A stretch of 64,000 nt of DNA from Octopus vulgaris (lineage: Eukaryota): positions 31,310,001 to 31,374,000 of the forward strand of contig OX597836.1 of NCBI GenBank assembly GCA_951406725.2, read 5' to 3'. Within the stretch, counting starts at the first letter, position 1. Every line of letters starts with the position of its first letter. This document shows positions 52,073 through 64,000 of the stretch, in pieces. The notes under the pieces are model-generated. The model saw nothing but the letters and a program-made list of their open reading frames with translations, was not told the DNA's origin and did no database searches. A program made the translations under genes and the position numbers.

Positions 52073-53702
52073 AATAGTTGGCATTAGGAATGGCATCCAT
52101 CTGTAGAAATCGTGCCAAAACTCAGATACAGGAGCAAGATACGCTCATTCAACTCATTGGATCTTGCCGAACAATGCAATCCAAACCAGCAATGGGAGGC
52201 ACACAAGAAATGGTGACAAGACTTGGAAACTCTGCTTTTACTTAAGCAAAGGAGACATAAAGATGAAGGCACTGACCCCACCCAGCAAATCTTCGCACAT
52301 TTTGTCACATAGTGGTTTAGTTTCCCACATGTGGTTTTCATTTAGCGCAGGGGGGCGAGGGAAAAAATATAAACTTAGCTAACTGGGACAACGATTCCCA
52401 AGTAATAAGTATACATATACACAAACATTGGCATGTACATACATGTGTGTGTTTGTGTGTGTGTATTTGAGGTGGGGGACAGCTTTTCTTTCAGGGATGA
52501 TATATTGTAAACACAACTATGTTCCATTTTTTTATAGCAGATTTTTTTTTTTTCTGATTTGGTAATAAGACTCTTCTTGTAGCTTGTTCAGAATGATAGA
52601 GTTCCCAAATTCATTTAACCCTTTAGAATTCAGATTACTCTGTCAAATGTAAAGGATTATCAATTCACACTGTTTGGAATTAATCGTGCATTATCTCAGT
52701 CCTTCAACATTTTCATGATGTGATTGTTTATTTTTGTAGAATGACATTGTAGGATAGGTGTGAGAAGCTAGATCTGACCTGTTTGAGCATAAAACGAGTA
52801 AAACAATTGGGCCAGATATGCCTGGTTTAAATAAATGCTTAAGGGTTAATCAAACTTTTTCCAGGTTAGCTTAGTCTCATCCTCAAGATGTAGAGTGGTG
52901 CTGACTTTGGTAAAGCCCTTTTTTGTAAAGGGGAGGCAAGGTGACATTTTTTTATGAAGACTTGACAAAATTTTCTTTGTGTGTATATGTGTGTATCATC
53001 ATTATCATCATCATCGTTTAACATCTGTTTTCCATACTGGCATGGGTTGGACGGTTTGACTGGGGTCTGGGAAGACAAGACTGCACCAGGCTCCAGTCTG
53101 GTCTGGCAATATTTCTTCAGCTAGATGCCTTTCCTAACACCAACCACTTAGAGAGTGTAGTGGGTGCTTTTTATGTGCCACTGGTACAGGGGCTAGAGGG
53201 GGCTGCCAACGACCATGTTTCGATGGTGTCTTGACGTGCCGCTAGCATGGGAACCTGAGGGAGCTGGCATCGACCACATTTGGATGGTACTTTTACGTGC
53301 CACCAGCAAGGGGAGCCAGTCAAGGTGGCGCTGGCATCAGCCACATTTCGATGCTGCTTTTTACATGCCACCAGCACAGGAGACAGACAGGGTGAAGGAG
53401 CTGCCATCAACCACGTTTCGATTGTGGTTATTACGTGTCACCGACATGGGAAGCCAGTCAGGCGGCACTGACATCAGCTACAACTACAATTTCCATCTGA
53501 TTGTGGTTTGATTTGATTTTGTTGTTGATGTACTTGACTCAATAGGTCTCCTCAAGCACAGCATACTGCCCCATGATCCAAAGGTACTTTTTGAGTGGGC
53601 TGGTTATGTGACTCAAGTGCCAAGAGCTTCATGTGATAAAAATTTTCAAATACAGGAAACTCTTGACCTTTGAGTAATTCAGTTGCTTCTCCTATATATA
53701 TT

Positions 53703-54110
53703 ACTCTTTTACTCTTTTACTTGTTTCAGTCATTTGACTGCGACGATGCTGGAGCACCGCCTTTAGTCGAGCAAATTGACCCCGGGACTTATTCTTTGTA
53801 AGCCCAGTACTTATTCTATCGGTCTCTTTTGAAGAACAGCTAAGTGACAGGGACGTAAACACACCAGCATCGGTTGTCAAGCAATGCTGGAGGGACAAAC
53901 ACAGACACACAAACATATACACACACATACATATATGTATATATACAAATATACGACAGGCTTCTTTCAGTTTCCGTCTACCAAATCCACTCACAAGGCT
54001 TTGGTCGGCCCGAGGTTATAGCAGAAGACACTTGCCCAAGATGCCATGCAATGGGACTGAAGCCGGGACCATGTGGTTGGTTAGCAAGATACTTACCACA
54101 CAGCCACTCC
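53703..54110 (-). mobile_element. SINE S2 copy
   Basis: Full match to S2. Confidence 0.85.
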
Positions 54111-54123
54111 ATATATATATATA

Positions 54124-54316
54124 TATTATATAATTTAGAACGAACAGTTTGTTGTCATTACAGTATATCGGCGTTTCGGATGTTGGAGTGAAGAGCTATG
54201 ATACATTCTCATTGGCAATTAATAGCCAATGAGAATGCATCATAGCTCTTCGCTCCAACATCCGAAACTCCAAGTACTATAATGACAACTTACTGTTTGT
54301 TCTAAATTATATAATA
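54124..54316. repeat. 193-bp foldback (hairpin MITE-like) element in a TA tract
   Basis: TATTATATAATTTAGAAC...GTTCTAAATTATATAATA, with arms complementary almost to the centre near 54220. Confidence 0.85.
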
Positions 54317-54600
54317 CTAGCAGAACTGCCCGGCGATGCTCGGGGCTGAATTGCTGAATTAATTGCTGTTAATAATTGCACTGAATTATGGTGATTATTC
54401 AGGCAAATATTGATATACGTTTACGGCGAATGAATGTATTTGTAAGTGTATAGAAAGCAGTGTAAAGGGGTTCCTACCCCCTCGTAGAATGGTGTAAGAA
54501 TTGAATGCGAGGTTGCCTTGAAAAGAGCCATGTTATTGTTCTCATAATCGTAAGAATTTGATAGTCGTGGAAGGCGGTGTAAAAAAAGACTCTAGGTGTT
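54317..54600 (-). mobile_element. Helitron 3'-end fragment
   Basis: Terminal CTAG|T (54317-54320) with an adjacent hairpin CCCGGCGATGCTCGGG. The left part is clear; the right boundary is approximate. Confidence 0.5.
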
Positions 54601-54624
54601 CCAACAAAAAGAACAATGATAATG

Positions 54625-55225
54625 ATCTCAAATTTTGACACAAGGCCAGTAGTTTCAGGGGAGGGGATAAATCTATTACATTGACCCCAGTGTGCAACTG
54701 GTATATATATTTCTTTACTACCCACAAGGGGCTAAACATAGAGGGGACAAACAAGGACAGACAAAGGGATTAAGTCGATTACATCGACCCCAGTACGTAA
54801 CTGGTACTTTATTTATCTAAGGCAGCTAGCTAGCAGACACATTAGCATGATGGGCGAAATGCTTAGTGGTATTTCGTCTGCCGCTACATTCTGAGTTCAA
54901 ATTCCGCCGAGGTCGACTTTGCCTTTCATCCTTTCGGGGTCGATAAATTAAGTACCTGTTACGCACTGGGGTCGATATAACCGACTTAATCCGTTTGTCC
55001 TCTCTGTGTTTAGTCCCTTGTGGGTAGTAAAGAAATAGGTACTTTATTTATCGACCCCGAGAGGATGAAAGGCAAAGTCGACTTCGGCAGAATTTGAACT
55101 CAGAACGTAATGACAAATGAAATATCGCTAAGCATTTCGCCCGGCGCGCTAACGTTTCTGCCAGCTCGCCGCCTCTGCAACTGGTATATAGTTTTTAACA
55201 AGCCTGAAAGAATGAAAGGCAAATT
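54625..55225. mobile_element. Three-level nested SINE S1 cluster
   Basis: An old minus-strand copy is split by a young minus copy (TSD TGCAACTGGTATATA, ~54693 and ~55176). That copy is itself split by a plus-strand copy (TSD GGTACTTTATTTATC, ~54803 and ~55038). Confidence 0.85.
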
Positions 55226-56354
55226 CACCATAATTATAATTATGATTTCTTTTATTTGCCTCAGGGGTAAAGATGAGGAGGAATAGTGATGGAGATGAGA
55301 AGACAGGTGGAAGTGGTACCGTAGGACTCTGGTAGAATGGGAAAATTAGTAAACTGTAGGTTGTGGTTATATTTTATATTGGTGGATGGGAAGTGTGTGT
55401 GAGGTGTGAGTATGAGTATGTGTGAAAGATTGTGAGTGGGTGAGTGTGTGTGAGAGTGCATGAGTAAGATGCATGTATGTGAATGAGAGTGTGTGCGTGA
55501 GAGAGTATACATGTGTGAGTGTGTGCGTGTGAGAGACCATGCAGATGCGTGTGAGCAGATGCATGTGAGAGTGTGTACATATGTAAGTGAGAGTGACTGT
55601 GTTGGCATGTATGTATATCTGCTGAGTGTGCTAGGTACTGTATTAATTGTGTGTGTGTGTGTGTGTGTGTAAATGGTAACCTATTTTTTTTTAAAGGGGT
55701 GCAGTAGTTCTTTATATTAAAAAAAAAAAATGGGTTACCATCAAACAGTCCTACATTCAAAGACCCCTATTTGTGTGAGAGAAAGAGAAGGGGAACTTCA
55801 CACATGGTCTCCACCCGAAGATATTTATTATTCTGCTCCTGGAAGGGAGTATAACACTCTACTCAAGATATGGAAGGAAGGATGGTGGTAATGGTATGCT
55901 TAAGGAGTAGGTAACATCTCTTGCTTTTATTTATTTTTTTTTCTTGTGGAGTGGGGGTAAGGAAGTATGGGGTGGGGCTGAGGTACCACCATGTTTTGTT
56001 TATGTTCATCTTAAACCAATCCTACCACCACCTCCACCACCATTGGTAAAGCAGCAACTGGTTTGATGAGTTAAGTCCTTTGCCCAAGGATAAAGATTTA
56101 TGGAAAAGGTGTGTGTGTGTGTTTGTTTGTGTGAAGTGGGGAGGGATGGGGCAGCGAGCGAAGGAGATATTGTTGGGTGAGAAGCAAAGGGCAGAGAAAA
56201 AAAACCAAACAGAGGGTGATGAGGAGGCAAAGAAAATTTTGCTGAGGTAGCATAAGAAACAGAGTGCAGTCACCACATGAGAAGAGTTAGATGAGGAAAC
56301 AGAGAGAGGTGTGTGATGGAGAGGAATCAATGGTGGTGGACGAGGGAGGAGTAA

Positions 56355-56490
56355 CACCCCCACCCCCGCCGTCGTCGCCGCCGATATCGGGTGTTGTGGG
56401 GCAGGGAGAATGAAGTCAGGGTTTGGTGCAATATGAAGCGCGGCGCGGCGCGGCGGTGGATGGAGCCGGGTATATGGAATGATTGGCGGG
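56355..56490. promoter_or_regulatory. CpG/GC-rich patch, candidate promoter or 5' region
   Basis: CCCCCGCCGTCGTCGCCGCCG and GCGCGGCGCGGCGCGGCGG in an otherwise CpG-poor window, in a ~1.7-kb stretch with no recognisable transposon. It lies upstream of the minus-strand exons. Confidence 0.35.
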
Positions 56491-57039
56491 TAGGGGTGGA
56501 TATGATGCAAGATTAACAAGTCAGGAAGGAGAACAGACTATTACTGTGTATATTAGGAGGGGAATGGTAAATAAGGTTGTTGTTATGTCTACTACTACCA
56601 CCACCACCACCATCGCCATAACTGGTGGGGGTGGTGGTACTACCGATGTTGCTGCTACCACCACCACATATAGCTATAAGAAAAAAAAAAAAAAAAAAAA
56701 AAACTGGGGTGAGTAGCAGGGAAGAAAACTGATTACATATGCCAGAGAGGGTAGAGAGTTGGGGGTAGAATGTAAAGGGTGGGCAATGTTAAAGAGGTGG
56801 TGGTGGTGGTGGTAAGGAACCTGAAGACGGTGGGGGAGAGAGAGAGAGAGCGGGGGAGGAGGACTGATTTTGAGGAGAACAATGATAAATAACAATGATG
56901 TGGTGGCAAGATGGAAGAAGAAGATGGAGGGAGGACAGAGTATTACATCCTCAGAAAGACACATGCAGACAAACACACACACACATAAAAAACATAAACA
57001 GACTTAGTTAAATATACATATATAGACACAACACATATC

Positions 57040-57448
57040 TCTTTTACTCCTTTACTTGTTTCAGTCGTTTGACTGTGGCCATGCTGGAGCACCGCCTTTA
57101 GTTGAGCAAATCGACCCCCACGATTTATTCTTTGTAAGCCTAGTACTTATTCTATCGGTCTCTTTTGCCGAACCGCTATGTTACAGGGACGTAAACACAC
57201 CAACATCGATTGTCAAGTGATGTTGGGGGGACAAACACAGACACACACACACACACACACACATACATACATACATATATATACGATGGGCTTCTTTCAG
57301 TTTCCATCTACCAAATCTACTCACAAGGCTTTGGTCAGCCTGGAGGCTATAGTAGAAGACACTTGCCCAAGGTGCCACGCAGTGGGACTGAACCCGGAAC
57401 CATGTGGCTGGTAAGCAAGCTACTTACCACACAGCCACTCCTACGCCC
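57040..57448 (-). mobile_element. SINE S2 copy
   Basis: Full match to S2. A short AACATAT duplication flanks it. Confidence 0.85.
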
Positions 57449-57537
57449 ATAACATATGCATACATTTATGTAGAGAGAAAGAGAGAGAGAAAGAAAGATG
57501 GTGAGACACACACACACACACAAACATTGAAAATGGC

Positions 57538-57830
57538 TATGATGACAAAATCATAGAAAATAGCTTAGTAACAGCAATGTTAATAGGACTGTGGTGATGA
57601 TGATGACCAACAATGATACTGTGGTGGTGGTGACAGAGGTGGCAGTGGGAGTAATGATGACAATGATGATGATGATGATGATGGTGGTGACGGGCCATGA
57701 AGACCATGTCAATAGTAGCAACGATTATGGCAATAATGAAAGTAGCGATGACAACAATAAGGATAGTGATGATGACAATGACAAGGGTAGCCATGGTGAT
57801 GATGATGGTCGCAATAACAATAGTGATGAA
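57538..57830. repeat. Degenerate (GAT/GAC/GGT/AAT)n trinucleotide tract
   Basis: Read directly; several frames are open only because of low complexity. Confidence 0.85.
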
Positions 57831-58026
57831 ATTCCTAAGTAAATTTGATGCAATGTACACGAGAACTTCCATGGCTGTGTAGCTAAGCTAAGGAATCCAT
57901 TTCTCAATCATATAGTTTACACTAGGCCAGTGATTTTGTATATATATCATCATCCTCATCATTTAGCATCTGCTTTCCATGTTGGTAGGGTTTCTACGGC
58001 TGGATGCCCCTCCTAATACCAACTAC

Positions 58027-58443
58027 AGATCTTTTCAGTTTCAACGGTAGTTTTTTCTAGCAGTGTCATATGAAATTGTCACCCATAATTATGACCCTAG
58101 TATCGATCTATTGCATTTCAATCTGTTTTAGGGTTAGGGTTAGGGGTGGGGGAAGGGTGTCTTTTTTTTCTTCACAAATGTAAATAAAACCAATCTGTTT
58201 CTTAAACGAGGGACATATTCATATGGCACAGAATGTTTTCAGCTCAATAGACGTCATTGATTGGTTGAAATTGCAGAAATTGAAGAAAAAAACAACAAAT
58301 ATCTTACAAACTATAGAATTTTCTCAATAAAGCCAAGAGAAAAAAGATGTTTTATAAACACATTCTACCAGTATACGAAGTTTAAAAGTGTTTAGTTACA
58401 TGGAAATTATTTTAAAAAACTGCTGTTCAAACCAAAAAGATCC
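58027..58443. mobile_element. Merlin-like MITE, copy 3 (inverted), inside an S4 element
   Basis: Same element reversed. TSD CCAACTAC at 58019-58026 and 58444-58451. Confidence 0.88.
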
Positions 58444-59025
58444 CCAACTACTCCAAGAGTGTAATGGGTGCCTTTTACATGCTGCCAGTTACATGACACC
58501 AGCACTGGCCACAACTACAATTTCACTTAGGTTGACATTTATGAAAATGTACACAGTACTTTTCATATGGTTTCATGAACAAAGTATTTATGTATGGATG
58601 GATGGAGAGATAGATGTTTGTGCATGTATATCATTAACAGATGGCAAAATTGGACGACAAGTCCTTTTTATGTTTTGATTACATTCTTCTAAAGTTGATA
58701 AAATATGTACTAGACTAGATGAAGTGCTGGGTTCAATGGAATTGGCTAAAACCCTTGAAAGTGGCACCTCAGCAAGGATGCAGTCCAATGACTGAAACCT
58801 ATAAAAAAAAATGTCACACTCTTGCTGTGTGTGTGTGTGCTTGTGTGAGGTGGGGTGGGGGTAAAGAAGCTTGCTTCTTAACCATATGGTCTTGGGTTCT
58901 TGGGTATGCACCTTGACATATCACCATGGACACAACCTCACACCAACCAACCCTTTATGCTGAGTCACATCCCCCTCTCTCCCGTCTGGTAGCTAAACCC
59001 TCGAAGCCTCCTCTTACATCTATGG

Positions 59026-59244
59026 CAGTGCTTTTCAACCTTTTTGCTGGAGCGGAACCCCAAGGAAACATTCCACTGGCTCAAGGAACCCCTGTGCAAT
59101 AATTTAATTGTCTTATGCACACATATCTGTACAGGAGAATTAAAAATTACTGTCGATTTTAGCATTTTTGTAACTTCTTGCGGAAACCCTGGAATGTACT
59201 GGCGGAACCCTAAGGTTCCGCGGAACCCTGGTTGAAAACCACAG
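59026..59244. mobile_element. hAT (Charlie-like) MITE
   Basis: Ends CAGTGCTTTTCAACC / GGTTGAAAACCACAG, subterminal GCGGAACCC repeats and an 8-bp TSD ATCTATGG at 59018-59025 and 59245-59252. Confidence 0.88.
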
Positions 59245-59854
59245 ATCTATGGGCTCTTACATGTATACAGGCGAAGTATGGACTTCACAAATTACCCATT
59301 TCAGAAGGCGATAAACCTTGACAGAAACTGGTAGTGAGGAGAGACTCTTTAGCCATTCTCACATGGGACAACCTTTCTAGTGTTGTTGACATGTACCCTG
59401 AGCACACAGTAAGACATACAGAACATCAAAGGTGATTGATATTCTATATTGCAGTATGTGTGTGTGTGTGTGCAAGCTGACAAAAGAACAATCCGACTCA
59501 TAGCTCAACATGTAATAAACATGAGTTGTAGCAAAACCTGTAATACTTATTGAACTGGCTGGCACTCTACATCCTTAAGCAACAACAATATTTTCTAGTG
59601 TAGGCACCAAAGCCTGAAATTTTAGTTGGAAAGAAAGAGAACTAGTTTGAGTACATTGACCTCACTTCACTGCTCAGTTGCTACCTATTATATTAGCCCT
59701 GAAAGGAGGAAAGGCAAAGTCAACCTTGGAAGAATTTGAATTCAGAATGTAATGACTCAGAAGAAATAGTGCAAAGCACCTTTTCTGATGCATTAACTGC
59801 TCTGTTAGCTCACAGCTTAAAATAACGTGTTTTTTTCCCCCTCTTTTTATACTT

Positions 59855-60422
59855 TTCTACTCTAAGCACAAGGCTCAATTTTTTTATTTTTAAAATTTTT
59901 GGTAGGGTGGTAGCCCAGTCGATTAGATCGACCTCAGTAAGCAACTGGTACTTAATTTATTGACCTCGAAAGGATGAAATGCAAAGTCGACCTCGGCGGA
60001 ATTTGAACTCAGAACGTAACAGCAGACGAAATACCTATTTCTTTACTAACCACAGAGGGGACAAACAAGGACAGACAAACGGATTAAGTCGATTATATCG
60101 ACCCCAGTCAGCAACTGGTACTTATTTGATCGACCCTGAAAGGATGAAAGGCAAAGTCGACCTCAGCAGAATTTGAACTCAGAATGTAACAGCAGACGAA
60201 ATACCTATTTCTTTACTAACCACAGAGGGGACAAACAAGGACAGACAAACGGATTAAGTCGATTATATCGACCCTAGTGCGTAACTGGTACTTATTTAAT
60301 CGACCCCGAAAAGATGAAAGACAAAGTCGACCTTGGTGGAATTTGAACTCACAACGTAGCGGCAGACGAAATGCTGCTAAGCATTTCGCCCTGTGTGCTA
60401 ACGGTTCTGCCAGCTCGCTACC
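59855..60422 (-). mobile_element. SINE S1 tandem array
   Basis: Junctions GAAATACC|TATTTC at 60035/6 and 60205/6. The unit is 170 bp, and both young units share the same ~14-bp deletion in the tail. Confidence 0.85.
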
Positions 60423-60774
60423 ACAAAGTCAGGTGAAGAAACATTACAAATGGTGGTGGTGGTGGTGGTGGTGGACACAAAACAGGAATAAGAAAATATA
60501 GGAAAGGCATAAAACGAGATAAGCCCCCCAACAGAGTTATAGCTACTTAAAGCCAATCAAAAAAAAACTCCAGGATATAACAGATAAGTGCCATCTCGTA
60601 ATTGTACTCTGTGACCTAGAGATTTTGCTGCTGTTTCAAGCAGGTCGAACAACCGCGTAAAGGCTCCCTTGTTGTATGGAGGTATATACTGCGCTGTGTT
60701 AAGATGTAACATGACTGTAACTTGGTTAACTGGTATATGTTTGAAACCACTACTACAACTAATAATAATAATAA

Positions 60775-61365
60775 TAATCCTTTCTACTATAAGCACTAGG
60801 GCTGAAATTTGTGGGGAGGGAGATAGTTGATCACATCGACACCAGTACTTGACTGGTACTTAATTTATCGACCCCAAGGATGAAAGGTTAAGTCGACCTC
60901 GGCGGAATTTGAACTCGGAACATAGCGACAGACAAAATACCTATTTCTTTACTACCCACAAGGGGCTAAACACAGAGGGGGACAAACAAGGACAGACAAA
61001 CGGATTAAGTCGATTATATCGACCTCAGTGCGTAACTGGTACTTATTTAATCGACCCCGAAAGGACGAAAGGCAAAGTCGACCTCGGCGGAATTTGAACT
61101 CAGAACGTAGCGGCAGACAAAATACCTATTTCTTTACTACCCACAAGGAGCTACACACAGAGGGGACAAACAAGGACAGACAAACGGATTAAGTCGATTA
61201 TATCGATCCCAGTGCATAACTGGTACTTATTTAATCGACCCCGAAAGGATGAAAGGCAAAGTCGACCTCGGCGGAATTTGAACTCAGAACGTAGCGGCAG
61301 ACGAAATACGGCTACGCATTTCGATACCGCTAAGCATTTCGCCCGGCATGCTACCGATTCTGCAG
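60775..61365 (-). mobile_element. SINE S1 tandem array inside an old-tail copy
   Basis: Junctions at 60941/2 and 61126/7, with a 185-bp unit. The head loop is duplicated at 61303-61340. Confidence 0.85.
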
Positions 61366-63542
61366 TTGGTTATATTGCCTAATGTAGTATCAATTATGAT
61401 ATGAGTAAGTAGTGATGAACACAGGATTGCGCGTACATTACAATGCAGGCACACGACACACGAACAAGAATGCATCCGAGTCACACACACACACACACAC
61501 ATAGAGACGTTATATAGTCAACCGCAATAGGTAAGCTGGTAAAATTTAGTAGTGCAAGGGAGATAACTAATGTAAAACCGTAAGATCGTTGCAATTAGGT
61601 TTGTTTGACGCTAATGATTTCATCCTCCCCAAAAGCGATCCTTCGAGTGTCGACAAGATTAATCTATTCTGTGTTTAAGGTTGCCACGTAGTGATTAGCA
61701 ATGGATCGAACCATCAGCCTTGAATGAAAAATAGATATTTTATATGCGAGAGAAGGGCGGCGAGCTGGCAGAAGCTTTAGCCGTATTTCGTCTGCCGTTA
61801 CGTTATGGGTTCAAATTCCGCCGAGGTCGACCTTGCCTTTCATCCTTTCGGGGTCGATAAATTAAGTACTAGTTACGAACTGGGGTCGATGTAATCGACT
61901 TAATCCCTTTATCTGTCCTTGTTTGTCCCCTCTGTGTTTAGCCCCTTGTGGGTAGTAAAGAAATATATATATGAGAGAGATATAGACGGAAAGAGAGAAA
62001 GAGAGAGCAAATAGAATTTGAGACATTATTATTACTGGACGGCGAACTGACCAAAGCGGTAGAGCGTTGGCCCAAACGCTTTATGATATTTCTTACGACG
62101 TTTTACGTCCCGAGTTCAAATTCCACCAAGATCAACTTTGCCCTTCCTTTTGCAGCAGCAGGTCGACAAAATAAAGTATCAGTCAAGTATTGGGTTCAGT
62201 GGTATCGACTGATTCCTTCCCCTCAAAACTCCTAGCCATGTACCTAAATCAGAAACCATTGATAGTGGATTTGACAAGCTGACGCAATCGTTCGCACGCC
62301 GGACAAAATGCTTAGCGGCATTTCATCCGTCTTTACGTTCTGAGTTCAAATTCCCCTGAGGTCGATGTAATCGACTTAACTTCTCATGGAGGCGTTTGGC
62401 TTAGTGGTTAGGGGTGTTGGACTTATGATCGTAAGATTGTGGTTTCAATTCCTGGACAGGGCGAAACGTGTTCTTTAGCAAAACACTTCATTTCAAATTG
62501 CTCCAGTCAACTCTGCTGGTAAAAATGAATAATCCTGCAATGGACTGAAGTCCTATCCAGGTGGGGAGGGCACACCTCATCAATTGGGAATGAAGTTGAA
62601 CATTATTGATACAGTTATAATATATATATATAAATATACGATTAAATTATACATTGTATTCTCTCCCTTTAAAACAGTATTAGGTGATTAGGTTGCTATT
62701 TCTAGCAAGTTCAGCAACTCGACCACATGCGGCTTGAAGAAGCAGTGTGAAAATTGATTAGTGGTTCATCATTACCTGGCAATGTAGTAGTAAGTTCTAA
62801 TTCTTGTATGGATTATAGTTGGGGGGAGAGGGACAGAGAGATGAAGGGAGAGAGGGAGGGAGCGAGGGAGAAAAGAATTTGTCAAACTGACTTGTCCCAG
62901 ATATACACCCAAAGAAGATGAGCCAGCAAGCGAGTCTCTCTGCCTACAAGAAATAGCAGCAAAATTTCCTCCTCAGATAATATACTCTACCATCTCGATC
63001 GATGAATGGATGGATAGATTGAAAATAAGATGGGGGTGGTGATATCTGTAACACTGTTAATCACCGATCTGCTAGATCAGGGGTGACTCGGGGCTGAACA
63101 AGTGCAATAGCATTAGATGAAACACAAGTCTCCGACAGTGCTGCTGCACCAGTACAGCAGGGTGGGGGTGGGGGTGGGGGGGGTAATACATAGAGAGAGC
63201 AGAAAACAATGAAGCCCCCTGAAGCTGAAGTAAAAAAAAAAAAAAAAAAAGGAAAAAAACCCATAATAATCTGATAAAAGAAATAAACCATTAACAATCT
63301 AATTACTCTTCTAAGTTTATACAGCAACAAAGTATGGAAACGAGGAATGATGTGGTGGTGGTGGTGGTGGTGGTATCGAAGGATTACATTCTTGGAGATG
63401 ACATAATAAGAGACTGTCTCCCTCTGCCTCCTCATCCGATGTCTGCTATTGAAAAAGATGCAGGCTTTGCAGAGACACAACAAAAACTGGGACACAAATT
63501 CTTCAGAAACTGGAGAATTTCTGGTGCAATGAACCAACTATA

Positions 63543-63600
63543 AAATAATAATAATAATAATAATAATAATAATTATTATTATTATTATTATTATTATTAT
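63543..63600. repeat. (AAT)n directly followed by (TAT)n, a self-complementary microsatellite
   Basis: Read directly. Confidence 0.9.
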
Positions 63601-64000
63601 CTCTATTTTGTATGCATGTACATGAGATTATGTGTGTGTGTGCATACCAGATATAAATCAATGTAAATATCTATGTTATTTACATTTAAAGTAAAGAAAC
63701 CCTTAAAAAAAAAACCCAAAAAAGCTGTGTAACTCAAGAAATGAGCTCAACTATTAAACAGATAGAAATTGATAAAATAAGTACCAGATCAAGTATTAGG
63801 GTCAATATTTTTGACTAAAACCCTTGAAACAGTAGCCCAGCATGGCCACAATCCTTGGATTGTGGATAGAAAAATATGGGAGAACAAGTGTTAATGTCTT
63901 TCTGTGTGTATATGTCCCAAAACGTTGCCTCTGCTAAGTATTTAAATATTTTTGCCCTTGTGGAAAATACAGAATTATTATTATTTTTTGAACGGTGTAT

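Noticed and set aside
56022-56519. 165-aa Pro/His-rich ORF over the GC patch
   Set aside because: Low complexity, non-ATG start and no convincing donor; kept only as a possible regulatory region.
57537-57907. His-, Asp- and Met-rich ORFs in several frames
   Set aside because: A degenerate trinucleotide tract with no splice signals or recognisable domain.
58128-58146. TTAGGG repeats as an interstitial telomere or fusion scar
   Set aside because: Only 2-3 units, and they are part of the Merlin-like MITE in all three copies.
63061-63537. 158-aa minus-strand ORF
   Set aside because: Made of homopolymer and microsatellite runs (poly-H, poly-F, poly-P) with no recognisable domain.

Overview
AT-rich, repeat-dense eukaryotic DNA, not prokaryotic. 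The tRNA-derived SINE and microsatellite landscape looks like an Octopus (coleoid cephalopod) genome; this is inferred from recognition, not a search. Almost every ORF in the supplied track is a spurious translation of SINEs or microsatellites. The only well-supported host coding sequence is a 74-nt minus-strand exon (12071-12144) resembling the N-terminal coiled-coil exon of a cytohesin (ARNO/GRP1/steppke ARF-GEF), so most of the window is probably intronic. A phase-compatible candidate first exon at 35515-35650 would add an MGASLSS myristoylation-type N-terminus. Weaker exon candidates lie at ~7968-8067 and 3200-3275, and a CpG-rich patch at ~56.4 kb may be a promoter. The window also holds a tRNA-iMet(CAT) gene or pseudogene, at least four SINE families, RTE LINE remnants, DD37D and mariner transposase relics, piggyBac-, Merlin- and hAT-type MITEs with target-site duplications (TSDs), and Helitron/Helentron-type elements. 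The most unusual pattern is a ~235-bp SINE that repeatedly inserts into its own family. It forms head-plus-multimer arrays of 170-185-bp units joined at a fixed palindromic junction, GAAATA|GG-TATTTC.
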